A stretch of DNA of 62,825 nucleotides, the filler included, from Candidatus Huberarchaeum crystalense (GTDB lineage: Archaea; Huberarchaeota; Huberarchaeia; Huberarchaeales; Huberarchaeaceae), in NCBI GenBank assembly GCA_002790315.1. It is 10 parts of 10 records of this genome, joined end to end, with 100 filler letters (N's around TTAATTAATTAA, not from the genome) between each part and the next. Parts side by side here need not be neighbours in the genome. Positions count along the whole stretch, not along the records: positions 2,291 to 32,441 come from PFUW01000017.1; 9 more parts are not named here. One strand, written 5' to 3'. A program made the position numbers and the translations under genes. Below, one piece after another: positions 9,220 to 17,073 of this stretch (the first letter of the stretch is position 1; the number at the start of each line of letters is the position of its first letter). The notes beneath the pieces were generated by a model. It was given only the letters and a program-made list of their open reading frames with translations. It made no database searches and was not told where the DNA came from.

Positions 9220-9311
9220 ACACAAGCAAGAAAAACAAAAAAAATAAAGCAAGAGCAAAAGAATAAAAATACATTTGATTGAGTTATATGGTAAAAACAA
9301 TATTCACTCAA

Positions 9312-9707
9312 TCAAACACTATTTTTAAGAAACTGTTTACAGGTTTTGATTGTTCCTGAAACCAAAACACAATGAAGAAGAACTTCTTTTTCATTTATTT
9401 TTTTAATCCATCCAAATACAACTTTTAGTTTTTCCAAACTTGTGCGCGCAACTTGTATTATCATTTTGTTTTGTAAAGAAAAATTTGGAAAAAACCGAAG
9501 ATTTGCTTCAATAAAATCAATTTCTCCAAAAAGTTTAATATAAGTTATTTCTATTTCTCTTCTAAGATCATATGAGTTAATTTTTGCTTCACTCATAACT
9601 TCATAAACAACATAGCGCTTCTTATCTTGCAGCGTTGGTTTTGTTTTTACAAGTAAATTGTTTAGGGGTTTGGGTTTGCTATTTTTATCAAATGGTTTTG
9701 TTTTTAC
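9312..9707 (-). CDS. rnp2: RNase P protein component 2 (Pop5); start obscured by an N-gap
   Basis: The frame extends upstream of the track ORF to ...PTLQDKKRYVVYEV (Pop5 N-terminal motif); C-terminal VSGTIK. Confidence 0.85.
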   Translation of the reverse strand, partial: VKTKPFDKNSKPKPLNNLLVKTKPTLQDKKRYVVYEVMSEAKINSYDLRREIEITYIKLFGEIDFIEANLRFFPNFSLQNKMIIQVARTSLEKLKVVFGWIKKINEKEVLLHCVLVSGTIKTCKQFLKNSV

Positions 9708-9733
9708 NNNNNNNNTTCTTAAAAATATAGTAT

Positions 9734-10075
9734 TTATTCTAGTTTAACAGCAGTTCCATATGCTAAAATCTCAGTAGTTCCAGGTACTATGCTGTTGGTT
9801 TCATATCTTACACTAACAATTGCATCAGCACCCATTTTTCGAGATTCTTCGAGCATTCTCTCTGTGGCTTCGTTTCGCGCCCGAGTCAATAACACAGTGT
9901 AGGTTCCTATTTCTCCACCAATAATTGCTTTTAACCCTGCAGCAATATCTCTAACAAACCATCGCGCCCTTACTGTATTTCCTTGTACTAATCCAAGCAC
10001 CTTAGATATTTTTTTACCTTCTATTGAATGAGTAGTTGCCATAATTATTCTTTTTTCTACTTTACTTTCCACCAT
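9734..10075 (-). CDS. YbjQ/UPF0145 family protein
   Basis: TT..I.G..I...LG.V.G, GGE...Y..LL..AR..A..RM, GADAIV.VR, E..AYGTAV. Confidence 0.92.
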   Translation of the reverse strand: MVESKVEKRIIMATTHSIEGKKISKVLGLVQGNTVRARWFVRDIAAGLKAIIGGEIGTYTVLLTRARNEATERMLEESRKMGADAIVSVRYETNSIVPGTTEILAYGTAVKLE

Positions 10076-10219
10076 ATATTATTTATATAATTTGAATAAA
10101 TATTACAAGCTTTATAACAAGTAATGCATTCCACAAAAATAAGATATATATCTAAATTCTAAAGAAGTAGTGCTAATTAAAATAATTAAAATAAATGCAT
10201 TTGTTTTGGTAAAAAATCT

Positions 10220-10768
10220 ATGACAAATATTTATGTTTTTCGATTGGGTCATCGTTTTAGCAGAGACAAACGAATAACCACGCATATTGCTCTTGTGGCG
10301 CGCGCATTTGGAGCAAAAGCAGTTGTTTTTGATATAGAAGACAATCGCGTAAAAGATAGTGTTTATAAAATTTGCGATAAATGGGGTTATGGTCCATCAG
10401 GAGACTTTGAGATTTTTTATGAAAAAAATTGGAGAAAATTTATAAAAGATTTTGACGGAATAAAAATACATCTTACAATGTATGGTTTTTCTCTTTCAAA
10501 AGTTAAAGATAAAATATTAAAAGATATAAAAGACAAAAATATTTTAATAGTTGTAGGAGGGCAAAAAGTTCCTGGAGAAATATATAATCTTGTTGATTAT
10601 AATGTTGGTATAGGTAATCAGCCACATTCAGAAGTTGGCGCGTTGGCTGTTTTTCTGCATGAATTAAATGCAAAACCATTAGACGAAAACGAGTGGAATT
10701 GTAAAAAAAATCAAGGAAAAATAAGGATTTTTCCGCAGAAAAAAGGAAAAAAAGTTGCTAAAAGATAA
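10220..10768 (+). CDS. trm56: tRNA (cytidine(56)-2'-O)-methyltransferase aTrm56
   Basis: [45 protein letters not shown]. Confidence 0.95.
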   Translation: MTNIYVFRLGHRFSRDKRITTHIALVARAFGAKAVVFDIEDNRVKDSVYKICDKWGYGPSGDFEIFYEKNWRKFIKDFDGIKIHLTMYGFSLSKVKDKILKDIKDKNILIVVGGQKVPGEIYNLVDYNVGIGNQPHSEVGALAVFLHELNAKPLDENEWNCKKNQGKIRIFPQKKGKKVAKR

Positions 10769-10890
10769 ATATAAAAAAGTTATAGGTGTAAATTTGTCTT
10801 CAAAATAGCCCTTTTACCTTTTTGTAATAAACTTGCTTGCAAGGGTTTTTAAATAAAAAATACTAAAAAAAATATCCCTCTTTTTTTTAG

Positions 10891-10996
10891 GGGGCGTAAG
10901 CGCAGATCTGCGCCAGGTCTTTCAACCCAAGGCAACCGCTTTAAGCTCTTGTCAGCTTTTTAGCGCTGGCATTTGCCGAGATCTACGCTTACGTGT
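10891..10996 (-). ncRNA. Candidate structured RNA (long closing stem, multiloop, possible pseudoknot)
   Basis: GC-rich island. 15-bp closing stem CGUAAGCGUAGAUCU/AGAUCUGCGCUUACG with a G-U pair on the minus strand; inner GCCAG/CUGGC; two hairpins, one GAAA-capped. Confidence 0.55.
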
Positions 10997-11248
10997 TTGT
11001 GTTTTTACTATTTTTTATTTACGCTTATGTGTTTGTGTTTTTTATATCTTTATTAGTTGTTGCAATATTGTAAAGGTAATAAATATTGCTGCTTGTCATC
11101 AACAATATATTACTGTTACGAAAAGCCACCACTCATTGCGATTACATCGCGAGTGATGACAGTTGCGTGGCTGAAAAGAGGTAATAGGAAAAGCATTTCG
11201 CGCCCTTTTTAAATAACCTCTTATAAAGATATTATATACTAAATATAT

Positions 11249-11416
11249 AAAATAATAGCTTCGCTTCAATAATCTGCGTGAATTTGGGGAAATTCTCGTA
11301 TTTTGCGTTTTGTGAAGTTGTTGTTTTGTCAACCAGTTACGTTCTGACTCTTGGGGAAGAGCTTGAAGAACATGACTACAAACTCAAACATTCTTGGGGA
11401 AGAAATGTTATTTTTT
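11249..11416 (+). ncRNA. Candidate ~165-nt RNA with three GGGG-loop hairpins and a K-turn
   Basis: Three different stems are each capped by UU-GGGG-AA; 16-bp basal stem with 4 G-U pairs; TTATAAA at 11221 and a T-run at 11411-11416. Confidence 0.6.
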
Positions 11417-11676
11417 AGATCAATATAATTTATTTAGTTGAGGGTATTTAAAAACCCCCCTCTATAAAAAATCAAAATACACAACAAAAAAATAAAAAAC
11501 AAAGAAGAAAAGGTGCAGTTAGAACTATTTTTCAATAAATCCTTCCTTCAAAAAAAGAAGGAAAAAAATAGTTTTAGAGCTCAATTTTAAAGCTATTTTC
11601 GCTAAAAAAGCGAAAATATATCAAAGCACTGCTTTGATGCTCGATGCTCTTTACTTCAAAAAAACAAGGAGGAAAA

Positions 11677-12798
11677 ATGTCATTCTTATTAAAAAAAGCA
11701 GAAGAAATAGCAGATATCCGAAAGGGTGAGTTCACATCAAAATTTAACGAAGCCCCATCAGTCAAAATAATAGTTTTTGGCTGTGGTGGTGCTGGGTCAA
11801 ACGCAGCGACAAACATATTTTCGCGCAATATGCCTGGTGTCACAGTTGTAGCGGCAAATACAGATGCTCAGCATCTAAATGAAAGAACCAGAGCAAATCA
11901 AAAAATATTGCTTGGTGCAGAGGTAACAAAAGGCAGGGGCGCAGGAGGTATAATGGGTATTGGCGGCGCTGCTGCTGAAGCAAGTATTCAAGAAATAAAA
12001 AACGCATTAAAAGGATCTGATCTTGTTTTCATCACAGCAGGTATGGGTGGAGGAACAGGAACAGGCACAGCGCCAATAGTGGCAAAAGCAGCAAAAGATC
12101 TAGGTGCTTTGGTAATTTCTATAATAACAATGCCTTTTTCTATGGAGTGCGGGCGCATCGGCACTGCAATTAGCGGTTTAGCAAAACTTAGAGAATTTTC
12201 AGATACAGTAACAGTGATTGACAACAACAGAATCACAGATGTATTTGGGGATTTACCTTGCAGAAATGCATTTGCTATGGCAGATACAATAATCACAACA
12301 TCGATTGAAGGAATTGCTACAACAGTGAACAATGTTGGTGAAATTAACTTAGATTTCTCTGACTTAAGAAGAATTTTTGAGACAGGCGGAACATTGGCAA
12401 CTGTCGGTGTTGGAGAAAAAAATAGCTCAGAAGCAAAAACAGAAGAAGAAAGTGTTGAAGCTGCTGTAAAGCAAGCACTATCTTCACCATTGTTAGACAT
12501 CACTTATGAAGGAGCAACAGGCGCACTTGTGGATATTACTGTTGGCACAAAAGTAAGGTTAAGAAACTTCACAAGAGTTGGTGAAATGATCGCATCCAAA
12601 ATGGATCCTGGTGCAATAAATATGGTTGGATTAAGAGTTTCTCCAGATATGGGTGAACACGGCGTCAGAGTAATTACTACTATCACAGGTGTGTCATCAC
12701 CGCAAATACTCAATCAAAAAAGTGAGTATGAGCAGGTTTTAGAGCGAAAAAACATTCTGAAGAGCAAGCTTGGACTTGACGCAATTGAGATAGATTAA
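11677..12798 (+). CDS. ftsZ: Cell division protein FtsZ (FtsZ2-like)
   Basis: GCGGAGSN, NTDAQHL, GMGGGTGTG, DNN, T7 loop INLDFSD; GGAGG SD before the ATG at 11677. The FtsZ2 assignment is tentative (PF..E..R spacing, C-terminal GLD.I). Confidence 0.96.
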   Translation: MSFLLKKAEEIADIRKGEFTSKFNEAPSVKIIVFGCGGAGSNAATNIFSRNMPGVTVVAANTDAQHLNERTRANQKILLGAEVTKGRGAGGIMGIGGAAAEASIQEIKNALKGSDLVFITAGMGGGTGTGTAPIVAKAAKDLGALVISIITMPFSMECGRIGTAISGLAKLREFSDTVTVIDNNRITDVFGDLPCRNAFAMADTIITTSIEGIATTVNNVGEINLDFSDLRRIFETGGTLATVGVGEKNSSEAKTEEESVEAAVKQALSSPLLDITYEGATGALVDITVGTKVRLRNFTRVGEMIASKMDPGAINMVGLRVSPDMGEHGVRVITTITGVSSPQILNQKSEYEQVLERKNILKSKLGLDAIEID

Positions 12799-12819
12799 AA
12801 ACAACAAACAACACACTGC

Positions 12820-12889
12820 AAAACAACAAACAAACATATTTCCTTTCAAAGAGGGCAAAATCAAGATGTTTGTGTTTGTTTGTTGTTTT
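12820..12889. repeat. Perfect 17-bp inverted repeat just 3' of ftsZ
   Basis: aaaacaacaaacaaaca (12820-12836) / tgtttgtttgttgtttt (12873-12889). Confidence 0.75.
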
Positions 12890-13313
12890 AGCACAGTTTA
12901 AGTTAAAGGTCGCTTAAAATTACACTACCTATCTAAAAAATATATAGATTTTTTCATTTAAAATATACAAAATACTAACATAATCAAAATTATTTTACNN
13001 NNNNNNNTTTTGTTCATTCACTCAAAAAAATCTGTTATACATAACTGTATATAAAGAAAAGATTAATTCCTTTATTTTCTAAAATTTTTATATATTCTTT
13101 AATTCCATTATAAATTTCTGTTTTCCTTTAATATAGATAACATCACTACATAATATTTTAACTACATATGTTGCGATCCACTCCATTTTATTTTTTAGTG
13201 TTTTTGCTATAATATCCTTTAACAAATAATTTAAAAACTTCACTTTTGTTTTGGTATTTAAGCGCGCGCCTTTTCGCGATATATTTGTCAGACAACAAAC
13301 ATCAAAAAATTAT

Positions 13314-13385
13314 GGGCGAGTAGATCAACGGTAGATCGCTACATTGGCGTTGTAGAGGTTCTGGGTTCAAATCCCTGCTCGTCCA
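13314..13385 (+). tRNA. tRNA-Ala(GGC)
   Basis: Acceptor GGGCGAG/CTCGTCC-A with G3:U70; anticodon arm CTACA-TTGGCGT-TGTAG; T loop TTCAAAT. Confidence 0.93.
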
Positions 13386-13517
13386 TTTAAACCAATCAAT
13401 TTACAATATTTTGAGTGTTCTGTTTAAATAATTTTAAATTGTTTAAGCAGATTAACTTTTATCCTTAAATAGGTGTGAATTATTTTATTTTGACTGTTCA
13501 AAAAATTTAGCTTTAAA

Positions 13518-13719
13518 AATGCAGGGGCAGGAGTGAGTTATGCAAAACGCACAACAGCGCCAAATAATGCAAGGAGCAGGAGTGAGTTATGCAAAACGCA
13601 CAACAACTCCGCGATGCGGACTTAAACCTGCGAAGATTTATGTTAAATTTATGTTAATATTATTATATTTATATGAAGAGCAGGCGCGAGTTGTGAAAAC
13701 ACGCAACAGTATTCAATAA
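13518..13719 (-). repeat. tRNA-Leu-linked repeats (copies of the tRNA 3' end plus trailer)
   Basis: On +: aatgcaggggcagga (13518) and aatgcaaggagcagga (13566, identical to 13718-13733), plus a degenerate third unit near 13673. Confidence 0.8.
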
Positions 13720-13802
13720 TGCAAGGAGCAGGATTTGAACCTGCGAAAGCTTACGCTACAAGGTCCTAAACCTTGCCCCTTTGACCACTCGGGAACCCTT
13801 GC
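13720..13802 (-). tRNA. tRNA-Leu(TAG)
   Basis: Acceptor GCAAGGG/TCCTTGC-A; anticodon arm CAAGG-TTTAGGA-CCTTG; long variable arm; T arm GCAGG-TTCAAAT-CCTGC. Confidence 0.94.
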
Positions 13803-14114
13803 TTTGCGGGTGCTATTGTTGTTTTAAACAATAGACGCCTCAAAATGCTTTGCACTTTGACTCTTGCTTGCCACTTAATTTTTTTACTTGCAAAATATAA
13901 ACTTTTTAAATTTTTCAGCTTTTTCAGCTGAATCTATAACCTATTTTTTAATATTTATTTGAGTATATGTGTTTTTTATAAATATGTGTTAGTTATAAAT
14001 AGTAGATTGTTATAATATATTCCTAAAAACATTTTTAAATTCTTTGACCTGCAAATTTACAAAGTTATAGAGCAAACTTTACATTTATACTTTGCAAAGC
14101 TTTATAAATAATTT

Positions 14115-14582
14115 ATGGCGCGACAACATACACGAAAAAAAGGACAAAGCAGAAGCTTAAGGCCAATGATTGCTAAAAACACTAATTTTAACATATCAAA
14201 AAATGTGGTTGAAAAAGCAATTGGGACGCAAGCAAAACAAGGAAAAAGCTCTAGTGAAATTGGAGCAAGTTTGCGCGACAGCTATGGCGTGCCTGACGCG
14301 AAAAAGGCATTAGGTAGGGGAATTGTATTGTATTTAAAAGAGAAAGACCTTATTAAAAAAGACGAATTCCCTGAGGACTTAAAAAACTTGATGACCAAAG
14401 CAATTGCTTTGCACACACATTTGCAAACAAATAAACACGACGCGCACAACAGAAACAATTTCCTAAGAATAAAGTCAAAAATCAAGCGTTTGATTAAGTA
14501 TTACCAACATAAAAACTATATACTTGATAAATGGAGATTTACAATTGAAAATGCCAAGCTTATCATTGGAGAGGTGAAATAA
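14115..14582 (+). CDS. rps15: 30S ribosomal protein uS15 (archaeal type)
   Basis: MARQH.RKKG.S.S.RP, S.IG..LRD.YG.P, PEDL..L..KA..L..HL..N..D, SKI.RL..YY. Confidence 0.93.
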   Translation: MARQHTRKKGQSRSLRPMIAKNTNFNISKNVVEKAIGTQAKQGKSSSEIGASLRDSYGVPDAKKALGRGIVLYLKEKDLIKKDEFPEDLKNLMTKAIALHTHLQTNKHDAHNRNNFLRIKSKIKRLIKYYQHKNYILDKWRFTIENAKLIIGEVK

Positions 14583-14770
14583 TGGATAATGATGACAATA
14601 TTCAAAAAAACATTTTTGTACGCACGCGCATAGTGGCATTTCGCACGCACCAGCTCAAAAAAGGAGCAAAACCTTTAATAAAAAATGTCAAAGATAAGAA
14701 TTCCTATCAAATCGCGCAAGAAGAGTATGATGCAGGCAAATTGGATTTTTTAATTGTTGAAAAAATTTAA
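14582..14770 (+). CDS. rpo6: RNA polymerase subunit Rpo6 (K)
   Basis: R.RIV..R..QL..GAKPLI and IA.EEY..GKL; SD GAGGTGA. Confidence 0.8.
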   Translation: MDNDDNIQKNIFVRTRIVAFRTHQLKKGAKPLIKNVKDKNSYQIAQEEYDAGKLDFLIVEKI

Positions 14771-14840
14771 GTAAAATGGTTTTAAATCACATGAAAAGTT
14801 TAAGATATAAAATCTCTTCTTTAAATTTTGGTTGAAAAAA

Positions 14841-15533
14841 TCAAGAAAATGAATTTTTCTTTTGCAAATATCTTTCTATTTCGCTCTCTGATTGAATTCC
14901 TGACAAAACAATCTTATTGTTAATAAGTAAGCTCGGCATTTGGGTTATGTTGTGCGAAGCAAGCAAAAGATCAACAACTGTATTATTTAAATCAGCAGCA
15001 AGAGGAATAAGAATAAATGTGTCTGTTTGTTTGTTGTGTAAATCAGTCAAAACTTTGCTTTGCACTGCCTGCTGTGCGATTATATTTTTGTTTGTTGTTT
15101 TATCTGAGTAAAAATAAAAAATCATATTTTGACTCATATTGCATTTTTCTTTTAAGATTAAGGTGTTAATAAGAAATTCTGTTTTTAATAAAAGGTATTC
15201 TCTTTTCTTTGAATCCATTGTTTTTATTAAAATGTTAGCGTTTTCGTAACGCTCTATTTCTTGTCCTTTTTTTAAATTATTGTTTGCAAATTTGAAGTTT
15301 TGTTTAATTGCCTCTTCGCAATAATCTTTATTGCTTATTTGCTGGTAATAAAATGTCATTTGTTTTATATTTGAAAATTCATAAGTTAAACTGCTAATTG
15401 TTAACATTGTTGCTTCTGTTCTTTGACTTTCAAACATCACTCCAACAAACAAGCCAAGCAAAAAAACAACTATTGATATTACTGCTGCCTGCCAAAATAC
15501 AATATTATTATTTTCTTTTTCTATTTGAACCAT
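14841..15533 (-). CDS. Membrane-anchored hypothetical protein, possible thioredoxin-like C-terminal domain without CxxC
   Basis: N-terminal TM helix; FYFYS and P.L.IN...LSG patterns; overlaps the GT2 stop. Confidence 0.55.
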   Translation of the reverse strand: MVQIEKENNNIVFWQAAVISIVVFLLGLFVGVMFESQRTEATMLTISSLTYEFSNIKQMTFYYQQISNKDYCEEAIKQNFKFANNNLKKGQEIERYENANILIKTMDSKKREYLLLKTEFLINTLILKEKCNMSQNMIFYFYSDKTTNKNIIAQQAVQSKVLTDLHNKQTDTFILIPLAADLNNTVVDLLLASHNITQMPSLLINNKIVLSGIQSESEIERYLQKKNSFS

Positions 15534-16765
15534 TGTATATCTCCTTTTAATACTTTATAACTTGACATAATTACAACAAAAGCAGAAAACATTACATAAA
15601 ACAATATATAGAAAAGTAAAGGGCGTGCAAAATATATAATGCTTTTTTTAAAATCTAAACGAAATGTTTTAAAACAAATAACTATGGATACAAAAAATAG
15701 TATTAATAATCCTGTTGTTAAAGCAGTAAGACCTGAGATAAAAAAATCAAAATAAAAAGATATGCTTTGTCCCACAATTATATGATAATATAACAAAAGA
15801 AATGTATTGTAAATTTGATTTAAAAGAAAATAGCTAATTATAAAAAAGCTTAAAAACAAAATAATAACATTAATCAACATAAAAGGAAATACAATTCTAC
15901 ATAAAATATTTGGCTGCAACTTAAGAAAATCTAATTTATATTTAATTAAAGATTGTATCGTGCCCATCATCCACCTAATTCTTTGATTCCACAAGCTCTT
16001 AAATGTTTTTGGCACTTCTGTTGTGTTAAAAAAAAAAATAGGGCTCTTTATTTTATAATTATATTTATATATTCGCAATGCAATTTCCAGATCTTCAGTA
16101 AGGTTTTTCGTATCAAAACCCCCTATTTTTTTAATAATTTTTGTGCGAAAAATACTTCCTACCCCGTGTGTTACATATATCAATTTAATACTCTGAAAAA
16201 ACAGTTTTAACACTGAAGAAAAGACATACTCCCAATATTGAATTTTTTCTATGATTTTTTTAGTATTGCGTGGACACATTGGTGGGGTTACAGCTGCAAC
16301 ATTAGAATCACTGAAAAATCCAATGCTTTTATATATTGCTTCTGGATGAATATAAGAATCAGCATCCAAAACAACAAAAAATTCACCTTTAATTATGCTT
16401 ATCCCTTTATTTAATGAATCTGCCTTTCCACTGTTTGTTTTGTTAAGCACTTTTACATAATTATACTGCTGAGCATAGCGATTGGCAATTGCGCGCGTTT
16501 TATCTGTTGATCCATCATTAATTACAATAACTTCTAAAAGATTTTTAGGATAATGCAACGCAATAACAGAGTCCAAAGTTGCAGCAATGGTTTTTTCTTC
16601 ATTGAAAGCAGGTATAATTACACTGACTCGCGGCAATTTTTTAGGCAATAATGGCTCCTCATAAATGCGCTTTTTATTCTTAAAATAATTTAATAGAAAA
16701 AGAGTAGAAAAATATAAAGAAATATATATTAAAGTAAGCGAAATAATTGTGAAAAATTCTACCAT
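15521..16765 (-). CDS. Processive membrane GT2 glycosyltransferase (IcaA/PgaC/cellulose-synthase-like)
   Basis: DGSTD, GKA, DAD, TED and QRIRW motifs; N- and C-terminal TM helices. Confidence 0.9.
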   Translation of the reverse strand: MVEFFTIISLTLIYISLYFSTLFLLNYFKNKKRIYEEPLLPKKLPRVSVIIPAFNEEKTIAATLDSVIALHYPKNLLEVIVINDGSTDKTRAIANRYAQQYNYVKVLNKTNSGKADSLNKGISIIKGEFFVVLDADSYIHPEAIYKSIGFFSDSNVAAVTPPMCPRNTKKIIEKIQYWEYVFSSVLKLFFQSIKLIYVTHGVGSIFRTKIIKKIGGFDTKNLTEDLEIALRIYKYNYKIKSPIFFFNTTEVPKTFKSLWNQRIRWMMGTIQSLIKYKLDFLKLQPNILCRIVFPFMLINVIILFLSFFIISYFLLNQIYNTFLLLYYHIIVGQSISFYFDFFISGLTALTTGLLILFFVSIVICFKTFRLDFKKSIIYFARPLLFYILFYVMFSAFVVIMSSYKVLKGDIQWFK

Positions 16766-16958
16766 AATATATTTAACAAGCGTTTTTGCAAACTAAAAAC
16801 AATATGAAAATCCTATTTTTATAATTTTTATAAATTATAACCAACAATTATGCTAATATTTATTAAAGCCAATGTAAGTTAAGATTTACTCATGACTTTG
16901 TGTTTACTTTTGTTTGTAAANNNNNNNNNNNNTTTTTTTGTTTTGTTTGTAAAATAAA

Positions 16959-17031
16959 AGCCTCAGGTGAGAGTTGGACTCACGACCTCGTGCTTACCAA
17001 GCACGCGCTCTACCAACTGAGCTACTGAGGC
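16959..17031 (-). tRNA. tRNA-Thr(GGT)
   Basis: Acceptor GCCTCAG/CTGAGGC-T; anticodon arm CGTGC-TTGGTAA-GCACG; atypical T loop TCCAACT. Confidence 0.93.
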
Positions 17032-17073
17032 GATTGCATATAAATTTTTGTAAATATTCTTTATAAATATTTT

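Noticed and set aside
10930-10990. TPP-riboswitch-like string GAUCUCGGCAAAUGCCAGCG on the minus strand
   Set aside because: There is no upstream CUGAGA/P2-P3 half and no thiamine gene downstream.
10770-11640. RNase P RNA, 5S rRNA or replication origin in the trm56-ftsZ spacer
   Set aside because: I found no GAGGAA.UCC/ACAGAA P4 motifs, no 5S loop-C motif, no ORB consensus and no adjacent cdc6. Stem covariation and G-U pairs favour another RNA.
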